The notes under the pieces are model-generated. The model saw only the letters and a program-made list of their open reading frames with translations. It had not been told where the DNA came from and did not search any database. The position numbers and the translations under genes were made by a program. Below are positions 42,479 through 51,563 of a stretch of 64,000 nt of DNA, one piece after another (within the stretch, counting starts at the first letter, position 1; every line of letters begins with the position of its first letter). This stretch comes from Gammaproteobacteria bacterium (GTDB lineage: Bacteria > Pseudomonadota > Gammaproteobacteria > Steroidobacterales > UBA11654): positions 1,515 through 65,514 of the forward strand of contig JAQWQE010000047.1 in NCBI GenBank assembly GCA_029244925.1. Direction: 5' to 3'.

Positions 42479-43375
42479 ATGACCACTCAAATGTCTCAAA
42501 ATAAATTGATCACTAGATATTTAGGCCTGATATACCAAGCAGGAAAAGTTAGGCTAGGCTTTCTAATTATGGCCTGTGCTCTTGCTGGAATAGCTGTTTC
42601 ACCATCCTCAAACTTAAATGGTTTAGAAATTTTTGCTCTAGCTGTCTATGTGCTTGTTGCATCGTCAACTTCTGGTGCTTTCAATCAATGGTATGAGAGA
42701 GATATAGATGCCATCATGGAAAGAACCAATGATAGACCATTTGTCACTAAAGAATTATCTCCAACTAATGCTTGGACTTTATGGTTGATGGTTATTAGCT
42801 TATTGGCTCTATATGCTACTTATAAGGTCAGCAATCTAGAGGCAGCTATTTATTTATTTGCCGGTATTTTTACCTACGGTATTGTCTACACTGTCTGGCT
42901 CAAAAGAAGAACATGGATGAACATTGTAATTGGTGGTTTGGCAGGCAGTTTCGCTGTATTAGTTGGTTCTGCTGCAACTGGTAATACTTTTGCTATGGGA
43001 CCATTAATACTCTCCATTGTTTTATTCTTATGGACACCACCCCATTTTTGGGCTTTAGCCATTGGCTATAAAGAAGACTACGCTAAGGCTAAAATACCAA
43101 TGTTACCTGTCGTAGCTGGCAACAAAGTTACGAGTCAGGCTATTTTCTGGCATACATTAGTTTTAGTTCTTCTTTCATTGTCATTAGTTTTTTATGGAAT
43201 GCATTGGATCTATTTTATTTTTGCATTGAGCGGTGGCGGTTATTTTCTTTATTGCTCTTATTTACTTTTAAAAGAACAAACAAAGCCTTTAGCAAGGAAG
43301 ACCTTCTTTTCTTCAATATTTCATCTCGGACTTCTTTTATTAGGTACTATGATTGATGCTATGATATTTGACTAA
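42479..43375 (+). CDS. cyoE: protoheme IX farnesyltransferase (heme O synthase)
   Basis: 298 aa UbiA-family polytopic protein with NQWYERDIDAIMERTNDRP and TPPHFWALA. Confidence 0.88.
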   Translation: MTTQMSQNKLITRYLGLIYQAGKVRLGFLIMACALAGIAVSPSSNLNGLEIFALAVYVLVASSTSGAFNQWYERDIDAIMERTNDRPFVTKELSPTNAWTLWLMVISLLALYATYKVSNLEAAIYLFAGIFTYGIVYTVWLKRRTWMNIVIGGLAGSFAVLVGSAATGNTFAMGPLILSIVLFLWTPPHFWALAIGYKEDYAKAKIPMLPVVAGNKVTSQAIFWHTLVLVLLSLSLVFYGMHWIYFIFALSGGGYFLYCSYLLLKEQTKPLARKTFFSSIFHLGLLLLGTMIDAMIFD

Positions 43376-43399
43376 TTATTAATTAAGGTTGATATCTTC

Positions 43400-45055
43400 A
43401 TGAGTAAAATAATTCAAGTATTTTTTTACATAACCATTCTTGGTGCTACATCCTGCTCTAAAAAACAATCAATTCAGTTTGAAGATATTAGTTTTGATGC
43501 AGGTGTTGCTGATGTTGCTGTTAACAGCTCAGGCCCTTCTTTTATTGATTATGATAATGATGGCGACATCGATATATATGTTAATACAGAGTATCACGGA
43601 GAGAATCAGGGCAATCGACTATTTGAAAATGATGGAAGCGGTTATTTTATTGACGTTGCGGTTGAGAGAGGAGTGGACAATAAGTATGCCTTAGGTCGAG
43701 GTGCTTCTTGGGGGGATTATGATAATGATGGTGACATGGATTTGATTGTTTCAAATTTACCTTCCTCAGGCGGAACTAAGATACCACCCACAACTCTGTT
43801 TAAGAATCTATTAATAGAAACTGGCTCTGCTAATTTTAGAAATGCCACCATAGAATCAAATTTATTTAGAGCTAATGTTAAAGAAGATCGAGAGATTGGT
43901 GGAATTGGTAATACAGGTGCCGGCGTTGCTTGGGCCGATTATGATAACGATGGCGATTTGGATCTCTATTGGAAATGTGCTGATTATGATATTGATAATG
44001 CATTGTTTCGTAATAATGGAGATGGAACATTTACCGATGTGACAGAAGAAGCAGGCGCTGGAATAATAGATTTAGTTGCTGAGGCTGGCTCTCAAGGTTC
44101 ACCCAATTGGACTGATGTTAACCAAGATGGCTGGATAGATCTTTTGGTGACGAACGAAGGATCTGAAAAGATATTATTTTTAAACCAAGAAAATGGCACT
44201 TTTAAAAACATTACAAGATCTTTTAGGGCTCCCAGTGGGACTGTTTTTTTAAATCCAGGCAATGCCAATGGCGCTTGTATTGGGGACATAGATAATGATG
44301 GTGACATGGATGTTTTTTTACCAACTGCAGATCAGTCTAATAGGCTCTATATAAGTCTTCTAAGTGATACTGGGAGCTTGTCTTACAAAGATATATCACT
44401 TTCTTCTGGTATAGATCATAAATCAGGCGCAAGAGGCTGCACTATGGGAGATTTTGATAATGATGGATTGATTGACATTTATGTCAATAATGGCGGATTG
44501 CAAAATACCCTGATCAATGATGTCATTAATCTACCAATTTTTGTTCAATTTTATATAGCAATTGAACCAGCCTATAACAAATTGTTTCAAAATAATGGAG
44601 ATTTAACTTTCAGTGATGTAACCAAAACATCTGGCACTGAAGTTCTAGGAATAGGAAGCGGAGTAGGCAATGCAGATTTGGATGATGATGGTTTTCTAGA
44701 TTTATTTTTAACCAATAGAACATTTTACAATTCGGATAAGCAAATCACAGAATCTGACCGGAATTACCTTCTAAGAAATAAAGGCAATGGTAACAATTGG
44801 ATTAAGATTGAGCTTACAGGAACCAAAAGTAATACCAATGCTTATGGAGCTAGAGTCAAAGTTATGGCTGGTGAGTCTATTCAATACCGAGAACACACAA
44901 GTGCCCATGGTTATAATTCTGCCAATGATTATCGATTGCATTTTGGATTGGCTAATGAAGAGAGTATAGACTCTATTGAAATTATTTGGCCAAGCGGTGA
45001 GAGACAGCTTTTGACAGACGTCGCAGTTAACCAGACATTATCCATTGAAGAATAA
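43400..45055 (+). CDS. FG-GAP/VCBS-repeat beta-propeller lipoprotein with an ASPIC/UnbV-like C-terminal domain (CRTAC1-like)
   Basis: 551 aa. Lipobox-like LGATSC. Seven Ca-binding-type repeats: DYDNDGDIDIYV, DYDNDGDMDLIV, DYDNDGDLDLYW, DVNQDGWIDLLV, DIDNDGDMDVFL, DFDNDGLIDIYV and DLDDDGFLDLFL. C-terminal GARVKV...YREHTSAHGY. Confidence 0.8.
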   Translation: MSKIIQVFFYITILGATSCSKKQSIQFEDISFDAGVADVAVNSSGPSFIDYDNDGDIDIYVNTEYHGENQGNRLFENDGSGYFIDVAVERGVDNKYALGRGASWGDYDNDGDMDLIVSNLPSSGGTKIPPTTLFKNLLIETGSANFRNATIESNLFRANVKEDREIGGIGNTGAGVAWADYDNDGDLDLYWKCADYDIDNALFRNNGDGTFTDVTEEAGAGIIDLVAEAGSQGSPNWTDVNQDGWIDLLVTNEGSEKILFLNQENGTFKNITRSFRAPSGTVFLNPGNANGACIGDIDNDGDMDVFLPTADQSNRLYISLLSDTGSLSYKDISLSSGIDHKSGARGCTMGDFDNDGLIDIYVNNGGLQNTLINDVINLPIFVQFYIAIEPAYNKLFQNNGDLTFSDVTKTSGTEVLGIGSGVGNADLDDDGFLDLFLTNRTFYNSDKQITESDRNYLLRNKGNGNNWIKIELTGTKSNTNAYGARVKVMAGESIQYREHTSAHGYNSANDYRLHFGLANEESIDSIEIIWPSGERQLLTDVAVNQTLSIEE

Positions 45056-45076
45056 TAAGAATATAGGAATATTTTT

Positions 45077-46513
45077 ATGACCTCTTACAAAAGAAGAATG
45101 GCTCTAAAATCACTAGCCGCACTTTCCACCTCTGTACTTTTTAACAATCAACTAAGAGCTAAAATACATTCAGACATCATAGTTATTGGAGCCGGTTTAT
45201 CAGGGCTATCAGCAGCATTGATTTTGCAAGATGAAGGCTACAAGGTTACTGTTTTGGAAGCAGATAATAGAGTTGGTGGCAGGGTCTTATCAGAAAGAAG
45301 AGTGGCTGGTAGTCCTGAAACTGGAGGAACAGCTTTCGGTTCTGGATATGCAAGAATTATTGATATTGCACAGCGATTGGGTGTTGAACTTATAGACCTG
45401 AATCCAATTATGCCTTATTTTAGAAACCGAGAATTGGCATTGGATCAAAAAATTATTCCAATGAATGAATGGCCAGATCATCCAAGAAATCTTTTACCAA
45501 AAAACATGAAGCAATTACCACCCAATGCGTTTTTTCATCAATTTTTAGGGAAACAGAATCCCTTAGAGACAAATGATGACTGGATGAATCCAAAGAATTT
45601 TATTCATGATATTTCTGTTCACGATTGGTTAATGAAAGAAGGTTTTAATTCTGATTTTATTGATCTGGTGTATAACTTAAATATCACTCATGGCCATACT
45701 GCAAAAGATGTCTCAGTTTTAATGTTGATGTTTGTTAATGCATTTAGCAGTAATCAAAACCGACTTGGAGAAAGCACTAGCTATACTGCAAAAGGAGGAA
45801 ACATGAGTATTCCTGAGGCTATGGCTAATAATTTGAATGAACCCGTATTGATGAATAAGTCAGTAGGGTCCATTTCAACTCAATCCACAAAGGCTGAAGT
45901 GATTTGTGAAGATGGGACTAAATATCAGGCAGATCATGTGGTTTGTTCTATTCCGTTCTCTGTTTTAAAAAATATTGACATTACTCCTGCTATAAAGGGG
46001 CCTCAAGCTGACGCTATACAGAAGCTACGCTCTCAGAAAATTAATATGTTGCATCTTGTGCCCAAGTCAAGTTTTTGGGAAGAGGATGGAATGAGTCCGA
46101 GTATGTATACAGATGGCTACGCAGGTATGGTTCTAGCTGAAAGAAAAGGCTCTTCTCCAGAGGATGTCACTAGCTTAACCGCTTGGTTAAGGGGGAATAT
46201 TGCTGAGCAATTGGATCTAATGAGCGAAAAAGAAGCCATTAGAGCTGTATTGGATGCCATTGAAGAATTGAGACCTGCCGCCAAAAATCAATTGGAACCT
46301 GTATCTTATCATTCGTGGTCCCTTAATCCCTATTCGCAGGGAGATTGGTCGTATTGGGGTCCGGGACAAATTTCAGAATTTGGACAGTATGTTGGAAACC
46401 CTCATGGCCAAATTCATTTTTGTGGTGAGCATACAGCTATTTCTAATAGAGGCATGGAAGGTGCGATGGAGTCTGGAGAAAGAGCAGCGTTTGAAATTAT
46501 GGGAATTATTTAG
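45077..46513 (+). CDS. flavin-containing amine oxidase family protein with a Tat/Sec-like leader
   Basis: 478 aa. RRMALKSLAALS leader, FAD motif VIGAGLSGLSAALILQDEGYKVTVLEADNRVGGRV, and C-terminal FCGEHTA...GMEGAMESGERAA. Confidence 0.8.
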   Translation: MTSYKRRMALKSLAALSTSVLFNNQLRAKIHSDIIVIGAGLSGLSAALILQDEGYKVTVLEADNRVGGRVLSERRVAGSPETGGTAFGSGYARIIDIAQRLGVELIDLNPIMPYFRNRELALDQKIIPMNEWPDHPRNLLPKNMKQLPPNAFFHQFLGKQNPLETNDDWMNPKNFIHDISVHDWLMKEGFNSDFIDLVYNLNITHGHTAKDVSVLMLMFVNAFSSNQNRLGESTSYTAKGGNMSIPEAMANNLNEPVLMNKSVGSISTQSTKAEVICEDGTKYQADHVVCSIPFSVLKNIDITPAIKGPQADAIQKLRSQKINMLHLVPKSSFWEEDGMSPSMYTDGYAGMVLAERKGSSPEDVTSLTAWLRGNIAEQLDLMSEKEAIRAVLDAIEELRPAAKNQLEPVSYHSWSLNPYSQGDWSYWGPGQISEFGQYVGNPHGQIHFCGEHTAISNRGMEGAMESGERAAFEIMGII

Positions 46514-46516
46514 CTT

Positions 46517-47326
46517 TTACCAAGGAATAACTCTTCCGTCTTCATAGTCAATAAATTTCCCGTTGTCATCCATGGTTAGACGGTCAATCAATGCAACCAT
46601 TTTAGTGACACTTTCTTCAGTTTCTATGGCGCCAGGTATCTTCATTCCAGGAGTTGTATTAACCATTCCTGGTGAAATAATTACTGACATAATATTTTTT
46701 CTTTTAGTCTCAAAAGAAAGGGTGTATATCATACTATTCAATGCTGATTTGCTCATAGCGTAGCTATACATCATCGGCATTTTTAACCTTTCACCAAAAG
46801 AACTCGCTTTGCTTGACATAGCTATAATCTTTCCATTTTTTGATTTCTCTACATTGGGCATGAATGCTTGGATTATCTTTAAAGGGCCAAGAGCATTGAT
46901 TTCAAAGCTTTGTCTAGTAATGTCTTCTTCAACACCTGAGATTTTTTTGAAGCCTGATTTATATCTGGGTGTCAATGCAGCATTACTTAACAAGAGGTCA
47001 ATGACTTGATCACTATACTTTTCTGCCAGAGCATTGATGTCTTTATTGTTGGTAACATCTAATTTTTCAACCACAACATTGGGATTCTTTTTTGCAAATT
47101 CATTCAACTCTATAGAACTCTCTGGTCTTCTAGTTGTGGCTATCACATTCCATTTTTTTCCACTGTATTGTTTGACAAACTCAAGTCCAATATTTCTATT
47201 AGAACCTGTAATTAATAGAGTGGGTTGATTGTTATCAAACGCTTCTAATTCAGACGATAAAAAATTAGTAATGATGCTTATTGTTATAACAATGATACGA
47301 ACTAATGTTTTATTTTGATTCTTCAT
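46517..47326 (-). CDS. short-chain dehydrogenase/reductase (CsgA/carbonyl-reductase-like subgroup) with an N-terminal hydrophobic leader
   Basis: 269 aa. Cofactor motif LITGSNRNIGLE, NAA, and S...YxxxK (YAMSK). The leader is KTLVRIIVITISIITNFLSS. Confidence 0.75.
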   Translation of the reverse strand: MKNQNKTLVRIIVITISIITNFLSSELEAFDNNQPTLLITGSNRNIGLEFVKQYSGKKWNVIATTRRPESSIELNEFAKKNPNVVVEKLDVTNNKDINALAEKYSDQVIDLLLSNAALTPRYKSGFKKISGVEEDITRQSFEINALGPLKIIQAFMPNVEKSKNGKIIAMSSKASSFGERLKMPMMYSYAMSKSALNSMIYTLSFETKRKNIMSVIISPGMVNTTPGMKIPGAIETEESVTKMVALIDRLTMDDNGKFIDYEDGRVIPW

Positions 47327-47333
47327 ATTTTGA

Positions 47334-47939
47334 TTATTTTGGTTGTTGATTATGGCCTATGGGTGGAAAACTTTGAGGATTACAACCTTCTGGAGCTGAT
47401 TGCTTAACATCTTGATATAACTGATTTTCAATTTGTATACTCTTTTGTGTCACTCCAGCTATTTTTTTCCAATCGTTGGGCTGAAAGACCTCTTCTTCCA
47501 AGTCAAATGTTGAGTGTCGATTGGAAGCTAACATATTGAGAAACACTTCTAGAAAATCATGAGCTTCTTTTTTGAATGCATGTACCTCATATAATCCAGA
47601 GGTAATTAAGCCTTCTTTGGCTTTATCCAGTTTTTTTAAGGCCTCTTCCATGGCTTTTAATCCAATGCTTAGACTTTCCAGTTTATCTATATATTCCTGA
47701 TTACTTGGTTCCACATGAGGGACTAATAAGTCATGCAGAATATAATCTTGAGTTACTAAGCGATTGAGTGAGTAATTCAAATAATGACAACATGTAACGT
47801 AAAAATTAATCAATCCAGGATCGATGTGACTGCCATCTAGACTTTTTGTAAAAGCTCTTCTAACCTGCGATAAGTGAGTTCTCTCAGTCATTACATGAGT
47901 TTGATAATCTTTTTTTTCCATGGATCTATTATAGATCAC
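47334..47939 (-). CDS. hypothetical helical, His-rich protein translationally coupled to the PON-like gene
   Basis: 201-aa ORF that overlaps the upstream gene by 11 nt. It contains HxxxE-type spacings (HVMTE, HDFLE). I recognise no family with confidence. Confidence 0.4.
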   Translation of the reverse strand: MIYNRSMEKKDYQTHVMTERTHLSQVRRAFTKSLDGSHIDPGLINFYVTCCHYLNYSLNRLVTQDYILHDLLVPHVEPSNQEYIDKLESLSIGLKAMEEALKKLDKAKEGLITSGLYEVHAFKKEAHDFLEVFLNMLASNRHSTFDLEEEVFQPNDWKKIAGVTQKSIQIENQLYQDVKQSAPEGCNPQSFPPIGHNQQPK

Positions 47940-49011
47940 AAATTAATAATTTTTTATCATCAATTGACCCCATAAATAATCTATTTTTCCATATAGTACC
48001 CACACTTGCGGTCGAGAAATCATCCCCTGTGCTTAGGAAGAGTTCATCAATTCTTGTTTTGGACCCATGGGACCCAAACTCCCATTTCAATCGTAATATT
48101 TGAGAAGGAGCCGGAATAACCTCTTCCTTTTGAAAGGATATAAAGTGTTGAATCAGTGCTATTACTTTGGGTATAGCTGCGACAATTATATCGCCCTTAT
48201 CGGTGATATTAATATTGTCTGGTGAACCACTTATTTTTATGGTTTCTAATTTATTTAACTCTCCATTTTCAGCATCAATAGAAAAAACTGCAATTCTTTT
48301 TGCTGTCGTTTCAGAGGCAAATAAATATTCTTGATTATTGGAAACGTTGATTCCAGAGACTTGAGATAAGTTTTTTGCAGCAATGACTACTGAATTTCCA
48401 TTAAAATAAGCAATACTAGACATAGGTCTTCCCAATTGTTCTTGGATTTTTCCAAACATTGTTTCAGCTCCCTTGTCATTGCCTAAATAAAACTTATCTT
48501 GAGCCACTAACACAAGAGCATTAGGGCTCTTAAAGGTATTATCTTTAACAGTTTTTTGATAATTGAATAAACCGCTGATTCCTTCGGAAAATAACTCAAC
48601 AGTTTCAGTTCCCAAATCCCTATTTTTTGGGTGATTAATGACCCCTAGATGTCTTTGACCATTGTTATCAATGTACAAGCTGATCCCATGAGGTCTCAAA
48701 TGATCAGGCTGTTGACTTAATGCTGGTTTCAATTCATAGGGGCTTTTGTTTAGATTAATTTGCACCACCGTCCCTTGGACATCTTCTCCTTTTATTAGAG
48801 CGGCACGATCTTCTAAGGAGAGGTAAGCTAGGCCTCTTTCATAATCAATTTTTATATCTTCTGCACTTCCATTCATTGGCAACACTGAACAGACATCGGG
48901 TGTTTGAGCTGTCAAAGTTTTAAAAACATCCATTCTATTAGCCATATAGAATGAGAAAATTATCACTAGAATAAATACTAGTATTATTACTTTAAGTATT
49001 TTTTTAACCAT
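47929..49011 (-). CDS. paraoxonase/arylesterase (PON) family six-bladed propeller lactonase homolog, N-terminally membrane-anchored
   Basis: 360 aa, collinear by eye with human PON1: GSAED vs GSED, RPHGISLYID...GVINHP...ETVELF vs NPHGISTF...VVNHP...STVELF, SGINVS vs NGINIS, PDNINIT vs VDNISVD, and C-terminal KKLLICDL vs KALYCEL. Confidence 0.85.
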   Translation of the reverse strand: MVKKILKVIILVFILVIIFSFYMANRMDVFKTLTAQTPDVCSVLPMNGSAEDIKIDYERGLAYLSLEDRAALIKGEDVQGTVVQINLNKSPYELKPALSQQPDHLRPHGISLYIDNNGQRHLGVINHPKNRDLGTETVELFSEGISGLFNYQKTVKDNTFKSPNALVLVAQDKFYLGNDKGAETMFGKIQEQLGRPMSSIAYFNGNSVVIAAKNLSQVSGINVSNNQEYLFASETTAKRIAVFSIDAENGELNKLETIKISGSPDNINITDKGDIIVAAIPKVIALIQHFISFQKEEVIPAPSQILRLKWEFGSHGSKTRIDELFLSTGDDFSTASVGTIWKNRLFMGSIDDKKLLICDL

Positions 49012-49057
49012 AATAAAAATATTAATTCTTTTCTTAAGTTCTAGATAGTAAATGTTG

Positions 49058-49076
49058 ATGTAACAACATGTAACAA
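49058..49076. promoter_or_regulatory. tandem direct repeat ATGTAACAA-C-ATGTAACAA in the divergent PON-like/MFS intergenic region; candidate regulator site
   Basis: Read directly. It overlaps a short inverted repeat, ATGTTG (49052-57) / CAACAT (49064-69). Confidence 0.3.
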
Positions 49077-49090
49077 GACTAAAATCTTAC

Positions 49091-50455
49091 TTGTTATTCT
49101 CATCACTATCGAGCAATATTTATGATATGAAAATTGAAACAAAACCAGCCGATTATTCTCCTGAAGAATTTGGTATAAAATTTGGGCCTTGGCAATTGAT
49201 GCCTGATATTGAAAAGAGGCATTTATTCACCTTGTTTTTTGGAGCTTTTTTTGGCATCGCAACCATGGCCTTTGTGAATGTTTTTGGGCCTTATATTTTT
49301 GATAATATACTCAACATTCCAAAAGAAGAGCAAGGAAGATTAGCTGGCAATTTGACTGCCGTACAAGAAATTGTAGTGCTTTCCGTAATTGGTTTCTGTG
49401 GTGCTTTATCTGATCGAGTGGGCAGGAGGTTTGTCTACTCTATTGGCTTTTGTATTTTAGGGATAGGGTATTTCTTATATCCCTTAGCTTCCACTTCAAC
49501 TGAATTAATAATATTTAGAACGATTGTAGCATTTGGTTGTGCTTGTAATACCGTTATGTTGCCTACTGTAGCTAACGATTATACTCATGAGGTAACTCGA
49601 GGTAAGATGATTGCAACAACCTCTATTTTCAATGGACTAGGGCTAGTTCTTTTGATCAGTACTTTCAGAAATTTACCTAGTGAATTTAGTGAGATGGGCT
49701 ATGACCCAGTTTGGTCAGGTATTTATACGGCTTGGGTTGTTGCTGGTCTGGTGGTTTTTGTAGCAACAGTATTATTCTTTAATCTAAAAAAAGGAGCTCC
49801 AGCTCAGGCTTCGACTAAAGAACCTTATTTTGCAACAATGAAGATTGCTTTCAAGGCAGCTAAAGACCCAAGAATTGCGCTAGCCTATACTGCTGGAGTG
49901 GTCTCAAGAGGTGATTTATCAGTTGTCAGTACCTTCTTTACTCTATGGCTTTATCAGGAAGGAATATCTCAAGGAATGACTGGACCTGAAGCCATGAAAA
50001 CAGCAGGTGGTTTTTATGTAATGGTGCAGGCATTTGCGCTTCCTGGTGCATTTTTAATTAGCACCTTCATAGACAAAATAGATCGTGTGGTTAACCTTGC
50101 AATAGCTATGGCTGTCGCAGCATGCGGTTATTTATATTTAGGCTTTATTGATAACCCTTTGAGTAGTCAAATGTATTTTGGCGCCGCCTTACTTGGATTG
50201 GGAGAAATCTTCGCTAATTTATCTGCGATATCTCTAATTGGTAGTTCAGCACCCGCCAAAGGTCGAGGCGCTGTAATTGGTGGCTTTAGTTTTTTTGGAG
50301 CACTTGGCATATTTATTGTTGCCTTTGTTGGTGGAAATTTATTCGATTCCATCAGCCCAACCGCTCCATTTACCATGGTGGGTATTGCTAATATTGGTTT
50401 ATTAATGCTTGCTTTATTCGTACTATTTATTGAAAAGAAGAAAAAAGATTCTTAA
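49091..50455 (+). CDS. MFS transporter
   Basis: 454 aa with about 12 predicted hydrophobic spans and the MFS loop motif GALSDRVGRR. The true start may be the ATG at 49127. Confidence 0.8.
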   Translation: MLFSSLSSNIYDMKIETKPADYSPEEFGIKFGPWQLMPDIEKRHLFTLFFGAFFGIATMAFVNVFGPYIFDNILNIPKEEQGRLAGNLTAVQEIVVLSVIGFCGALSDRVGRRFVYSIGFCILGIGYFLYPLASTSTELIIFRTIVAFGCACNTVMLPTVANDYTHEVTRGKMIATTSIFNGLGLVLLISTFRNLPSEFSEMGYDPVWSGIYTAWVVAGLVVFVATVLFFNLKKGAPAQASTKEPYFATMKIAFKAAKDPRIALAYTAGVVSRGDLSVVSTFFTLWLYQEGISQGMTGPEAMKTAGGFYVMVQAFALPGAFLISTFIDKIDRVVNLAIAMAVAACGYLYLGFIDNPLSSQMYFGAALLGLGEIFANLSAISLIGSSAPAKGRGAVIGGFSFFGALGIFIVAFVGGNLFDSISPTAPFTMVGIANIGLLMLALFVLFIEKKKKDS

Positions 50456-50470
50456 ACATAGGGGAAAAGA

Positions 50471-51466
50471 ATGAAACGAAGACAATTTTTTAAAAATGTT
50501 GGCAGCTTAGGTGCTTTCAGTGCTGGAGCAGCGGCAGTTAATTTATTTTCAGAAACTGCACAAGCAGACTTACCTTCCGCTTATGGAGGATCTACGGGTA
50601 CTGACTTAAAGGGGCCATATCTAGATTTAACTACAGGAGTGGGTAATAAATATGGATATGCTAGGTTGAATGGGGACTTGGATGAAACCAAACAAAAGAT
50701 TGGCTGGTTTAAAGGCTATATTATGGCCATTAGACCCAACAAACCCATCCTTGATGTTTTGGGTGTGGCGGGTTTTGGAGTATCTCGATTGGAGCAACAG
50801 CCTGATGGTTCGTTCGCAAAAATTCTTAGAGAAGTTGCTTTTTATACCGATCTTCGTTCCGGTGAAATTCTTGAAGAATGGAAAAACCCTATGACTAATG
50901 AGTGGGTCAAAGTGGTTCCAATTGCCAATGATCCTTTTAATTATGTGATTGAAGATAATTTCCCTTCACCACCAAAATTTGGAGACTTAAATCAAGAAGA
51001 ACCACCTAAAATTCCTTTTATATTGCCATGGCAACAAAGAGGGAATCGTTTGGATATGGAAATTCATATTAATCTTTTCTACCCGAATGCACTCAACCCA
51101 AAAAAATGGGTTAGAGAGTCTTCAGGGCCTATGGTACCAGTATCAGAGGCTTTTGCTTACCATGTAGACGCCAAACATATGCAGGATTCTAGCATGACTA
51201 CTTTGCCATTCAATGGCACATGGAATAGAGTTACTCCTTGGCTTCCATGGATGCTTATGGGACAAACACCAGGGCATATGCTTTACTCAGCTTTTATGGG
51301 TTCAGGAGAAGATTTAGAGCAAGTACACAGTCGACAATTACTAGACTATGTTGAGAAAAATTATAATAAATATTTTACAGCTCCAGAAACGTATGATCCT
51401 AAGACTCCCAGTCTTTCGAGTTTGGAACTTTATGCTTTAGAGCAAGAACCAGTGAAGGTTAAATAA
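50471..51466 (+). CDS. Tat-exported protein of unknown function (DUF1838-like)
   Basis: 331 aa. Twin-arginine leader MKRRQFFKNVGSLGAFSAGAAAV. The segment REVAFYTDLRSGEILEEWKNPMTNEWVKVVPIANDP resembles DUF1838 from memory only. Confidence 0.45.
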   Translation: MKRRQFFKNVGSLGAFSAGAAAVNLFSETAQADLPSAYGGSTGTDLKGPYLDLTTGVGNKYGYARLNGDLDETKQKIGWFKGYIMAIRPNKPILDVLGVAGFGVSRLEQQPDGSFAKILREVAFYTDLRSGEILEEWKNPMTNEWVKVVPIANDPFNYVIEDNFPSPPKFGDLNQEEPPKIPFILPWQQRGNRLDMEIHINLFYPNALNPKKWVRESSGPMVPVSEAFAYHVDAKHMQDSSMTTLPFNGTWNRVTPWLPWMLMGQTPGHMLYSAFMGSGEDLEQVHSRQLLDYVEKNYNKYFTAPETYDPKTPSLSSLELYALEQEPVKVK

Positions 51467-51563
51467 CATAACTTTATTTAAAATTATTGGAATAACAAGG
51501 CAGCTTAGACATTACTAACGTTCTTGGTATAAGATTAGATTTAATAAAGTATTAAAAAATAGA

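Noticed and set aside
43500-44720. Periodic GAT/AAT-rich DNA repeats (gattatgataatgatggtgac...) that might be taken for a repeat array or CRISPR
   Set aside because: The repeats are in-frame codons for the seven DxDxDG FG-GAP calcium-binding loops of one long ORF. Their spacing is irregular at the DNA level and there is no repeat-spacer structure.
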